Below are positions 27,251 through 36,413 of a DNA stretch of 64,000 nucleotides, one piece after another. Position 1 is the first letter of the stretch. Each line of letters opens with the position of its first letter. Source of the DNA: a virus (Duplodnaviria > Caudoviricetes); the IMG/VR virus record IMGVR_UViG_3300031993_000017; one strand, 5' to 3'. The notes beneath the pieces are model-generated. The model made no database searches, was not told where the DNA came from, and saw nothing but the letters and a program-made list of their open reading frames with translations. A program made the position numbers and the translations under genes.

Positions 27251-27266
27251 ATCCTCTTATCCTCCA

Positions 27267-27473
27267 TTAAATTGTCAAGCACTTTTCAACAATTTCAATC
27301 GTGTCGATGTCAGGTGCAGATGCATACATATCACGATTCTTCCACAGTGAATATGACTTACCATCGTACCGAATAGCATACTTACCTTGATACCGAACAA
27401 GATCAGGCAATTTACTGTTGCCTTCAAAATGTGTATAAGCCGTTACTTTAGCCTTCCGTCTTAAAATCTTCAT
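27267..27473 (-). CDS. Small hypothetical protein with basic leader
   Basis: 68-aa ORF, SD GGAGGT. Confidence 0.65.
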   Translation of the reverse strand: MKILRRKAKVTAYTHFEGNSKLPDLVRYQGKYAIRYDGKSYSLWKNRDMYASAPDIDTIEIVEKCLTI

Positions 27474-27545
27474 TACAAAACCTCCAAATTCAGAAATATT
27501 GTTTATAACTACAATAACTTTATTGCATTGTTATCTCTGAATTCA

Positions 27546-29585
27546 TTAAAGGTTGGAGGTAAATTGCCATCTTACCTTCCCGCAGTCGTAAACTTTAACA
27601 AATCCGTGCTCCAGCATGATCTGACTTTCTGTTTTTCCTGATACATCAATGATTTCATCTGGAAACAATCTTTGAATATTTGATTTTTGAGTGGAAACAC
27701 GATTTATCATGTATTCACTAACGGGATCCGCCCAACAATAACTAGGATCTGAAATATTTACAGCTTTGAATCCAAGTGTTTCATACAAACCACCCTTTAC
27801 ATGTGCAATATCTGAAAATGAAATTATTTGATCAAAATCATAATGTTCTTTGAAATACTTAAATAATTTTGATGCACCACCTACAACAGATGTATTAAGT
27901 TTATTACAGAAACGACTGAGTTCATAGGTATTTTCTGTAATGGATTCTGTGTATCCTATGGTACCACGTATTTTATTAAAGGTCATAACGGATACAAGTT
28001 CACCATTGTATTTTAACCCGAGCCGCACACTAGCATTTGTAGATCCTTGTAGATGATTTTCTTCAAGAAATGCACAACATGTTTTATTATCTAGTTCAAC
28101 TATTTCAGTATTTCTTGCATATATCTTTGTTTCAGTTTTTCCTAAGACATTTCGAATCATTGACAAAATCTGATCTTTTCTTGAAACCCACTCATATCCA
28201 AAAATGTGAAAAAGAAAAATCCCGGCTTGTTTTGCAAGGTCTGATTTCATTTTATGATATCCAATTGGTTTTCTGTCATTTTCAGCATAAGAATCAATAG
28301 ACGAGTTGTGTGTATAAGTCGGATTACATTCAAATCCAATCTTATATTCAGGTAAATATATATCTATTTCATATGGGCTTATGATACTTCTTGTATGCTG
28401 CATAATTGTAGTATCTGGAACAATTTCCTCTATGCAATCTAAAATTTCTGATTCCATTTTTAATGGTCTATATTGAATCAAATCTTGACAATTTGTTTTA
28501 ATTACATATGCGGAAACAGTTTCCATTCGAACACCAATAGATTCGGCAACTTGATCAAGAGTTGGCTTTATATCAAAGTGACCAACAATGTAGGAACGTA
28601 TGTCATTCTTAAATTCAATGAAACTATCTGCTTTTGATGGATCGATTAATTGTGTTTGCAAGGAAACAATTGATTGATTATAAGTTCTTGCACCATATCT
28701 TTCCAAATTTGTAGCATAAACACGTTCTTTAATTTGATCTGATTTCAAAGGATTATCAACACCATATCGTTCCATTAAAGTATCGCGGATAGTTTGCTGA
28801 ACCTCTTCCGATGCAAATGGATTTTCTACTCCATAGTGTTCTAAGGTAGAAGCGATTGCCTTTTGCTTGATCTCTGGATCATTTAAAGTACATACAGAAC
28901 CATAACGCTCAAGATTTGTCTGGTGTAATTTTGCTTTAATCTCTGCGGATTGTAGTGGATTTTCCACTCCATAACGCTCTAAAGTTGTCTGCAGTACCTT
29001 TGCTTTGATGATATCAGATGCAGATCCCCATCCACCATATCGTTCAATCATAGTTTCTCGTATCCTACTAACTAAATCTCCACCAAATCCAACACCACCA
29101 TATCTTTCTATCATAGTATCAATTGATTTTTTCATAACCTCAGGATCACATGTAGGTGCAATACCTCCATATCGTTCTAAATTAGTTGCTTGAACCCTCT
29201 GCTTTATTTCTTCAGATTGTAGTGGGTTCTCAACACCATATCTTTCTAACATTATCTGTTTGAATTGTTCTTTAAATTCATCAGATTGTGTATAATATTC
29301 AACACCGTATTTCTCTAAACAAGTCTTTCTAGCTTTGGCTTTACTTGACTCCGAGTTTACTGCACAAGTATCGCCATAGCGCTCTAAACATGTTGCCGCA
29401 ATTTTCTTTTGACGACATTCTTCGGAGCAACATTGAACACCTACATAATAATCTTTGATCTTGACCTTCTTCCCACAAATAGGACATTCGCCATAATCGT
29501 CTTTACAATACATCTGCCTCGATGCTGTAGTATCAAATTCTTTTCCGCACCATTTACACTTCTTATGATAAGTAACCTTCTTCAA
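27546..29585 (-). CDS. Large endonuclease-like protein: Zn ribbon, about ten T(N/C)LERYGVEN repeats, C-terminal Hef-like/PD-(D/E)xK nuclease region
   Basis: Repeats ERYG(V/G)ENP; YEIDIYLPEYKIGFECN; ELSRFC...GGASKLF; TTG start at 29585 after SD GGAGGTG. Confidence 0.75.
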   Translation of the reverse strand: MKKVTYHKKCKWCGKEFDTTASRQMYCKDDYGECPICGKKVKIKDYYVGVQCCSEECRQKKIAATCLERYGDTCAVNSESSKAKARKTCLEKYGVEYYTQSDEFKEQFKQIMLERYGVENPLQSEEIKQRVQATNLERYGGIAPTCDPEVMKKSIDTMIERYGGVGFGGDLVSRIRETMIERYGGWGSASDIIKAKVLQTTLERYGVENPLQSAEIKAKLHQTNLERYGSVCTLNDPEIKQKAIASTLEHYGVENPFASEEVQQTIRDTLMERYGVDNPLKSDQIKERVYATNLERYGARTYNQSIVSLQTQLIDPSKADSFIEFKNDIRSYIVGHFDIKPTLDQVAESIGVRMETVSAYVIKTNCQDLIQYRPLKMESEILDCIEEIVPDTTIMQHTRSIISPYEIDIYLPEYKIGFECNPTYTHNSSIDSYAENDRKPIGYHKMKSDLAKQAGIFLFHIFGYEWVSRKDQILSMIRNVLGKTETKIYARNTEIVELDNKTCCAFLEENHLQGSTNASVRLGLKYNGELVSVMTFNKIRGTIGYTESITENTYELSRFCNKLNTSVVGGASKLFKYFKEHYDFDQIISFSDIAHVKGGLYETLGFKAVNISDPSYCWADPVSEYMINRVSTQKSNIQRLFPDEIIDVSGKTESQIMLEHGFVKVYDCGKVRWQFTSNL

Positions 29586-29622
29586 AGCAAACACCTCCGT
29601 TGGAAAAGTATTTATTACCATA

Positions 29623-29651
29623 ATTATAAGTTGAAATTTGAAATTTGTCAA
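29623..29651 (-). promoter_or_regulatory. Sigma-A type early promoter
   Basis: TTGACA-17bp-TATAAT. Confidence 0.85.
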
Positions 29652-29680
29652 TAGAAAAATAAATATTTCCAAATAAAAAA

Positions 29681-29716
29681 TCACTACCTAGAATGAAAAA
29701 TCAAACTAGGTAGTGA
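29681..29716 (-). terminator. Terminator after tail sheath gene
   Basis: TCACTACCTAG/CTAGGTAGTGA plus T-run on the minus strand. Confidence 0.75.
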
Positions 29717-29753
29717 CTTCAATCATTCATCTAATAAGGAATAGACGATCTAA

Positions 29754-32117
29754 TTAAATACTGATCGAATTGAGATCAACCGATGCAGGTAATGCAATAA
29801 GATCAATAAAGATATCGTTCACGATACCGTGTACGGTGATGTAAACCTTACCTATTACAGTGTTGGCGTTCACACTATCAAGTCCGTTGATATCTGCTCT
29901 CATTACAACTCTGTAATCATCGATCGCACCTACATTCCGCATAGTATCAAGCAGAGGTGTTACACCTGCGTAGAACTTGCTGTATGCTTGTTCGTTGTTG
30001 TACTGGAATGTGATAGAGATTCCTACTCTGTAGCAAACATCTTTGATTGCGTCTACAAGGAATCTTGTGGAAAGATTCTCAAGTGCATTGTAGGTTGCAG
30101 GTGGAATATCCCAACCCGTGTAATTTCCCCAAAGGTTTGTTCCGAGATCCGGAATATTTGTAATAGCGTTTACATTTACACCTTCACCTGACTGCCATTC
30201 ATCGAGGTACTTCTTAGGAACGATGTAGTCAAGTTTTCCAATGGCAACATTGTGCTTTCTGTTAGTAGGAAGTGCCCAGGAGTACTGAATACTCTGATTT
30301 GCCATCTGTGACCGTTCGATCATCAGCTTGAGGAAAGAAGGCGGTGCGATACTAGAACGACTTGTTCCAGCATATACGAAATGTCCCCAAGGTGCGAAGT
30401 AAGCACTATGAGTAGCGAATAATGGTTCGGTATTCTTATAATCTGTGGAAAGTTTAGTAAAGTATTTTTGTGCGTCACTACGCTTTAATGTTCTAGGAAC
30501 ATCGATCAGACCTGCTGCACATCTACTATAATAGGAAACAAACATAATTGCTTTGTGCATAGGTGAAAGGCTGATATTCTGCCAAGTTACAGGTGCCCAA
30601 GACTCTGCATCAATTACATCACCGAACCAAGTGAAGTCTTGATCATCCCAAGGGCTGATGATTCTATCAGGATTATAGGTAAGTCTATCAGTCAGAAGAT
30701 AAAGAATACCATCTTCCCAATCATTGACATTAGCAGAAGCATTGTCTGTAGGCTTACCGGTTGTATTTGTATAAAGCCATTCACGATAATAGAATCCGTC
30801 TGCATCAACCTTATCAACACCTGCATCCTTTACAGCTTTAAGACCCTTGATGTAAATTGTTTCCTCACCGAATCTTGCTTGAGCAAGTGCAAGTGCCTTA
30901 GTCATCGCATCATCTGCAGATTCCGTAAATCCATGATCGTCACCACCGGTAAGAGATACTTCAAATGTATCTTCTGCTTCATCGAAGTTTCCGAACAGTT
31001 CGATATCTACAAACTTAGATGTTACTTCATCAATGTAAAGGATTGTATCAGTAGTTGCAAGTTCATCCATGGTGAACACAAGGTTCTCTACAGCTGTCAG
31101 AGCTCCTGTGGAATCTTTGATATAAGTAATCATGTTCCAATACTTGTAATTTCCATAAGTTACTCTTGCGAGTTTGATAACTAAGGAATCACCAAAGGAG
31201 CCAGGATACTTAGCTTTAAACAGAACTCTGTTATCTACTTGCTCAGGATCTGCAACTGAAACTACTTCTGTCCAGTTACTAGGATCAAATGCATTAGTCC
31301 ATTCACCTTGCCATTCACTTGCATCCCAACGTCTACCAAGTTCCCAATCAGATTGATTAAATGCACCAGGAGTTTCAACAGCATTAACACAATTGTAAAT
31401 GTTTCCATCATATCTAACAAGATCACCTACAGCATAAGTGGATTGATCACTAAATGCATCCGGTTCTGCCATATTAGAAGAACATACCTTATACTGCCCG
31501 TCATATACACAAGCATCGCCTTCAGAATAGATTGTTTGATTACTGAACGGATCTGCTGTAGGATTGTCAACTTTTGCTTTGTAAATCAATCCATTGTAAT
31601 TTACATAAGCACCAGTTGTATACTGAGCATGTTCAGAAAAATCATTGATAGAAATATTTGCATCAATGTGTTCATTTGCCTGTACTAACTGTCCATTGGT
31701 AGCTGGATAGTAAAAATCATCACCAGCTTCATATGACTTTGTGTTGTCATAATTCTCTGCACAGAAAATATTACCTTCTGACTTAGTTCCGGGGCAAAGT
31801 CTGCACACAAGAACATCATATCCTGCAGTAAGAAGTGTGATAGCAGTCTGATAGGAGTAATCTCCATACAAGCGATAGTTAGTAGCAGGTCCACGATAGG
31901 TAGAGATAAATGCTTCAAGTCCTGCCTGGTTTGCAGGAAACTTCGCCCATGTTGTTTCGTCCAAGATTTCATCTTTGGATTTCTTACCAACAGCTTCATA
32001 ATCAAAATAACCAGGTCCCCAAGCTGCGGTAATCGGAAGTGCCACTGTGGCATATGAGTTAGCGCCAATGTTATAAGTATAATTCGAGCTAACTTCATTG
32101 ATCACGATTTGTGCCAT
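29754..32117 (-). CDS. Contractile tail sheath protein with inserted carbohydrate-binding-like repeats
   Basis: AWGP, AKYPGSFGDSL, SLTGGDD, VNAI...WGNYT, STRFL, GAIDDYRVV sheath motifs. Confidence 0.85.
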   Translation of the reverse strand: MAQIVINEVSSNYTYNIGANSYATVALPITAAWGPGYFDYEAVGKKSKDEILDETTWAKFPANQAGLEAFISTYRGPATNYRLYGDYSYQTAITLLTAGYDVLVCRLCPGTKSEGNIFCAENYDNTKSYEAGDDFYYPATNGQLVQANEHIDANISINDFSEHAQYTTGAYVNYNGLIYKAKVDNPTADPFSNQTIYSEGDACVYDGQYKVCSSNMAEPDAFSDQSTYAVGDLVRYDGNIYNCVNAVETPGAFNQSDWELGRRWDASEWQGEWTNAFDPSNWTEVVSVADPEQVDNRVLFKAKYPGSFGDSLVIKLARVTYGNYKYWNMITYIKDSTGALTAVENLVFTMDELATTDTILYIDEVTSKFVDIELFGNFDEAEDTFEVSLTGGDDHGFTESADDAMTKALALAQARFGEETIYIKGLKAVKDAGVDKVDADGFYYREWLYTNTTGKPTDNASANVNDWEDGILYLLTDRLTYNPDRIISPWDDQDFTWFGDVIDAESWAPVTWQNISLSPMHKAIMFVSYYSRCAAGLIDVPRTLKRSDAQKYFTKLSTDYKNTEPLFATHSAYFAPWGHFVYAGTSRSSIAPPSFLKLMIERSQMANQSIQYSWALPTNRKHNVAIGKLDYIVPKKYLDEWQSGEGVNVNAITNIPDLGTNLWGNYTGWDIPPATYNALENLSTRFLVDAIKDVCYRVGISITFQYNNEQAYSKFYAGVTPLLDTMRNVGAIDDYRVVMRADINGLDSVNANTVIGKVYITVHGIVNDIFIDLIALPASVDLNSISI

Positions 32118-32119
32118 GT

Positions 32120-32386
32120 TTAATCCTCCTTCAATGTTGTTGATTTCTTTGTATATTTTCTTGTAGGTTTTGACTTATCTTCCCGAACAGGTTTTGTAAT
32201 ATCAGTTTTTCCTTCAGTAGTTACAACAGTTTTGATTTCCTGTTGTTCAGGTACTTCCACAGGATCACTAACACGAGCAAATTTCGTGTTATTGATGTAC
32301 CCGGAAACTGATTTTACTTCACCCGGAAGAAAAGTTACGCCATAGAAGGTTTTTACGGCTTTTGATAAGTTTTTGTAAGTAGGCAT
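32120..32386 (-). CDS. Small hypothetical protein upstream of sheath
   Basis: 88-aa ORF, SD GAAAGGGG. Confidence 0.7.
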   Translation of the reverse strand: MPTYKNLSKAVKTFYGVTFLPGEVKSVSGYINNTKFARVSDPVEVPEQQEIKTVVTTEGKTDITKPVREDKSKPTRKYTKKSTTLKED

Positions 32387-32420
32387 TGTTTTCTTGCCCC
32401 TTTCTTTCTTATTCTACATC

Positions 32421-32720
32421 TTGACGATCCTATCAACGGAAGTTAATAGGATTTCGTGAGAAGTTTGTCCGAAGACCTTATTCTCACAGGCATCGCCAAG
32501 ATGCTCTTACGCAGTTGCCAATTTTGGCGGCTTCTGCTTACATTTTCCTTGTTTAATGGGCAATTGTTCCCCCAAAATCATTACGCCCTGTTCTCGTCCT
32601 GTTGCCTCAATGTTTGAGGTTCGTGTTCCTGCTACAGCCGGCGACCAGCAATCTAGATTGATGGATTTTTGTAATCATCTAAGAAGCAGAAGTTTTCTAG
32701 GTTTCTACTCCCTTTCCATC
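32421..32720 (-). ncRNA. Stand-alone TnpB omega-RNA scaffold / non-autonomous IS200/IS605 derivative
   Basis: Colinear with the 3' end of the 11809 tnpB (16-nt identity GAAAATGTAAGCAGAA, four stems with compensatory changes, terminal hairpin plus TCAA) with no intact tnpB ORF. Confidence 0.75.
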
Positions 32721-32836
32721 ATAAAAGGTTTACTTTATTTTAATATCTAAATCATATTAAACTCCATTTAATTAGATTAAAATATTGTCTTAGATTTTAA
32801 TGCTATCACCAAATTATAAAAATGTAAATGAGATAC

Positions 32837-32865
32837 TTGATTTTCATTTACAATTATGCTATAAT
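32837..32865 (+). promoter_or_regulatory. Sigma-A promoter of tnpB, -35 box enclosed in an inverted repeat
   Basis: TTGATT-17bp-TATAAT with extended TG; TGTAAATGA/TCATTTACA arms flank the -35. Confidence 0.7.
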
Positions 32866-32879
32866 ATATTTGAAAGGAG

Positions 32880-34157
32880 GTGGGTCATATGAAATTATCA
32901 ACATGGAAATGTAGTTTGAAACATCTTACAGCGAAACAGTATGAATATCTTAGAGAAATGTGTCATCTTAGTAAGAATGTGTATAATGAATCTGTATATA
33001 ACATTCGGCAACAGTATTTCCAAGAAGGTTCATATCTTCGATACGAAGCGAATTTCAGTATAATGAAGTTTTCTGAAAATTACATCAATTTAGGTTCAAA
33101 TGTTTCTCAGGCTACAATGAGATGTGCAGATCAATCTTTCAAATCATTCTTCGCTCTTTTGAAGAAAGTAAAAGACGGTGTCTATGAAAATTGGAAAGTA
33201 AAACTTCCACATTACTTAGATAAGGATGGAGTCTATCCAGTTACGTTCATACATGCTGGTGAATCTAATTATTCTAGTGGAAAATTCAAAATCCCAATGT
33301 CTAAGTATCTTAGAGACAAGTACAATGGAATGAAATTTTATATCGATGTTCCAGAATATGTTCGTGACAAGAAAATACATACAATATCAATCGTACCAAA
33401 GTACCATGGAAAATATTTTGAAGCAAGATTTGTATTTGAAGAAAATGATGTTACCGAATCACATATTGATTATAATTCTGCATTGAGTATTGATCTTGGA
33501 GTAAATAATTTTTGTACCTGTGCAACTTCCACCGGAGAATCTTTTATCATTGACGGAAAAAGAATAAAGTCTATCAATCAATGGTACAACAAAGAAAATG
33601 CCAGACTGTCAAGCATAAAAGATTTGCAAGGAATCAAAGGTTGCACAAAAAGACAATATTTATTAGCCAGAAAACGAGAACGTAGAATTGATGATTTGAT
33701 TTATAAGTCTGCAAAGTACATAGTTAATTATTGTATTGAACATCAGATTGGTAATATTGTTGTAGGTTACAATGATGGTTTCCAAGATCGAGTTAATCTC
33801 GGTAAAGTAAATAATCAAAAGTTTGCAATGCTACCATATGGAAAGTTGAAGTCAAGGATTCAATATCTTTGCACAAAATATGGAATAAACTATGTGGAAC
33901 AGGAAGAATCTTATACATCTAAGGCGAGTTTCTTAGATCGTGATGAAATTCCGAAATGGAATCCATTGAACCCAAAGCAAGGGGAGTTCACAGGTAAAAG
34001 GATATATCGTGGACTGTATCAAACAAAAGATGGCATTCTGATAAATGCAGATGTGAATGGAGCGTTAAACATACTAAGAAAAAGTAGCGTTGTGAGTTTA
34101 GAGACTCTATACAGTAGCGGCGTTGTCCTTACGCCTACAAGAGTTAGAATCCTGTAA
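32880..34157 (+). CDS. tnpB: TnpB RNA-guided endonuclease, no tnpA, no canonical right end
   Basis: SIDLGVNN, EESYTSKASFLD, NADVNGALNI; closest to the 597-1859 copy. Confidence 0.93.
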   Translation: MGHMKLSTWKCSLKHLTAKQYEYLREMCHLSKNVYNESVYNIRQQYFQEGSYLRYEANFSIMKFSENYINLGSNVSQATMRCADQSFKSFFALLKKVKDGVYENWKVKLPHYLDKDGVYPVTFIHAGESNYSSGKFKIPMSKYLRDKYNGMKFYIDVPEYVRDKKIHTISIVPKYHGKYFEARFVFEENDVTESHIDYNSALSIDLGVNNFCTCATSTGESFIIDGKRIKSINQWYNKENARLSSIKDLQGIKGCTKRQYLLARKRERRIDDLIYKSAKYIVNYCIEHQIGNIVVGYNDGFQDRVNLGKVNNQKFAMLPYGKLKSRIQYLCTKYGINYVEQEESYTSKASFLDRDEIPKWNPLNPKQGEFTGKRIYRGLYQTKDGILINADVNGALNILRKSSVVSLETLYSSGVVLTPTRVRIL

Positions 34158-34253
34158 CAAGGAGTTTAGCGACTTAAAATCCAACTCTTCATAAAAAGAT
34201 TCATATAAATTTAAGAGTTTACTTTATTATTCTTAAATTAAATTATATGAATC

Positions 34254-34853
34254 TTATAGGATATCCGGATCAACAGCAATCCGTTTTAATTTTTTCTCTA
34301 CGTAAGAAATTAAAACGGTACCGTCACAGACCAACGGAATGGAAGCCTGGTATAATTTACCGCCTTTATTATAGGCGTTTGTAGTAGAACTATAATCAAT
34401 ATCAGTTCCTGGTTTGATTTGTACTCCAAATCTTGTTTTCCTTGGTACTTCATAAGGAAGTGTAACATCAATGAAATACATAGAGCTATATTTGAAAAGT
34501 AGTTCTCTAACAATTTCATCTAGATCTGCCATTCTTGTAGCTAAAGCTGTAATAGTGTAATTCAAATCAATGGGAATTACTCTTTCATTATAGAAATTAT
34601 TAGTTTCATTATCAAACCCAGCTGAAACTCCAGAATGTAATCTGGTGAAGTTCATGCGATCTTGTGCAATATGCAAATTAGTGTCTCTGAAAAGTGCTAC
34701 AATTGGAAAACTAACTTCATCATTCTGAATTTGTGCAGCCAAATCAATTACACTTTCAGGATCAATTACCCGGACTACAGGGTTAGGGACTCTTTCCGGA
34801 TTAAAGGAATCTAATAAATCTTCTGTTAGTGCGTTATCATAGATGTAAATCAT
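34254..34853 (-). CDS. Probable tail completion / terminator protein
   Basis: FPIVAL.R...IPIDLNYTI pattern and position between neck and sheath genes. Confidence 0.55.
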   Translation of the reverse strand: MIYIYDNALTEDLLDSFNPERVPNPVVRVIDPESVIDLAAQIQNDEVSFPIVALFRDTNLHIAQDRMNFTRLHSGVSAGFDNETNNFYNERVIPIDLNYTITALATRMADLDEIVRELLFKYSSMYFIDVTLPYEVPRKTRFGVQIKPGTDIDYSSTTNAYNKGGKLYQASIPLVCDGTVLISYVEKKLKRIAVDPDIL

Positions 34854-35398
34854 TGATTCCCTGCACCCCCATTCTCTACTGTTTTAATAGGCTGACCACG
34901 ATAATCTGTATTTGGTTTAATAAAATAATTGGATTTGTTGTATTTCCTTGCAATTTCTTGATCAGTTTGTCCGACTGTTTGTTTCTCATAAACAGGTACA
35001 ACTTGGCAGACAAGATGATCAGGCGCCTGTAAATCATAAGTAATTTCAGTTACTTTAAACACACGGTCAGGAAGTTCACTGTACTGACCGCTTATTGTAA
35101 ACACGCTATCTCTTTGCAAGTTTGGAAGATTAAAACTGCAATGGATCAAGAAAGGAAGGTTTTCATCATTTTCAACCACCCATCCATATCTCTTGAATGT
35201 CTTAACCTTTGGAGATCCATCAAAGAATACAAATGTATCGATGTATTCGGAATAACTATCTACTACAGTTTCTCCTTGATGATTTGAAGTAGCAAGGTTT
35301 GGAAATTGATACTTAACTGGAATACCTTGCTGTTTCAACGCCTCATCATACATAGACCTAAGTATTTTAATATCTTGACCTATGATATTTACAGTCAT
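34850..35398 (-). CDS. Probable head-closure / neck protein
   Basis: YDEALKQQGIPVKY...RVFKVTEI; position downstream of portal. Confidence 0.5.
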   Translation of the reverse strand: MTVNIIGQDIKILRSMYDEALKQQGIPVKYQFPNLATSNHQGETVVDSYSEYIDTFVFFDGSPKVKTFKRYGWVVENDENLPFLIHCSFNLPNLQRDSVFTISGQYSELPDRVFKVTEITYDLQAPDHLVCQVVPVYEKQTVGQTDQEIARKYNKSNYFIKPNTDYRGQPIKTVENGGAGNQ

Positions 35399-36045
35399 TC
35401 TCCATCACCTTCATCTTCAGCTTCTTTTGCATAAACATAATCATTGATAATATCTTTGATTGTTCCTACAAAAGTGAGCCAATCCCATACGAACTTCTTT
35501 GTTTCGCTAATTCCTTCAAGATTCAATGCCGATCCCTTTCCAAGAGCATTCAGGAATTCAGATCTACGTACGGCAATATTTTCATTTAACCACTTAGGAA
35601 GTTTATCAGATTGAAATACTACTACATACATCTTAACATCTCTGTTACCAACAGAGTTATGTTCAATAACAGGCAACACTCGAATCTTATCAAATTTCAA
35701 TCCATCTAATGTGATAAGATATTCGATTTGTTCTTCAGTCATCCTATCATTGTAAGCATAAGTAATCAAGAATCCGAATTTAGAAAGCTGTATGAGTATA
35801 TCGTCTGTTGTAAGTTCTTCATCTCCAAGAGGTGTAATAATTTCACCTTCCGCTTGGATAACTGTTGAAAATAAGATGCCATACATATCGTGTTCAACAG
35901 CAATCCGAATACCAGAAAAATTCTGATCATTGTTGATATGACTTATCCGAATGTGTAATTTTGTACTGTTGTTAGAAATACACTGCGTAGCTTGATCCCA
36001 GTTTGATATTTCATAACGCAACGGCATTTGGCTCATTATGTTCAC
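35395..36045 (-). CDS. Hypothetical protein (structural module)
   Basis: 216-aa ORF, coupled to neighbours. Confidence 0.7.
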   Translation of the reverse strand: MNIMSQMPLRYEISNWDQATQCISNNSTKLHIRISHINNDQNFSGIRIAVEHDMYGILFSTVIQAEGEIITPLGDEELTTDDILIQLSKFGFLITYAYNDRMTEEQIEYLITLDGLKFDKIRVLPVIEHNSVGNRDVKMYVVVFQSDKLPKWLNENIAVRRSEFLNALGKGSALNLEGISETKKFVWDWLTFVGTIKDIINDYVYAKEAEDEGDGE

Positions 36046-36400
36046 TTCCCATCATTTCAAGTTGTTTTTGATCCTTGACATACTGTTGCAACTCTAACTG
36101 AAATGCTTTCAGCAGTTCAGTATTAGTATCAGGATATTCACTGAAGTATTTAGCAACCATATCTAGCTTCAATTTGAAATACAATATTCGCTTATCTTCA
36201 TCAGAGATTTCAGGATGTCTCTCAGAAAAGATGAAGTATCTAGTTACTGCACTAGAAAACGCTTTATGTACAACAGGATCATCCTCTGATAGAGATGCTC
36301 GTTCAATCGTTCTGAAATTACTTGAGTTATAGGATTTCAAATCTTTGAAAAAAGTCTTAGTTAATTCTAAACTTGTAAGCAATTTCGCGTTCCTCCTCAA
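36011..36400 (-). CDS. Hypothetical protein
   Basis: 129-aa ORF. Confidence 0.65.
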   Translation of the reverse strand: MRRNAKLLTSLELTKTFFKDLKSYNSSNFRTIERASLSEDDPVVHKAFSSAVTRYFIFSERHPEISDEDKRILYFKLKLDMVAKYFSEYPDTNTELLKAFQLELQQYVKDQKQLEMMGSEHNEPNAVAL

Positions 36401-36413
36401 ACTTGTTTATACC

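Noticed and set aside
32556-32750. 64-aa plus-strand ORF
   Set aside because: Antisense to the omega-RNA-like element, with no SD and no recognisable protein features
597-34157. TnpBs as catalytically dead (IVVG instead of the usual RuvC-II Glu)
   Set aside because: All three copies, including the one in the intact IS, share this and have the conserved EESYTS Glu, consistent with a rearranged-active-site subfamily; inactivity is not supported
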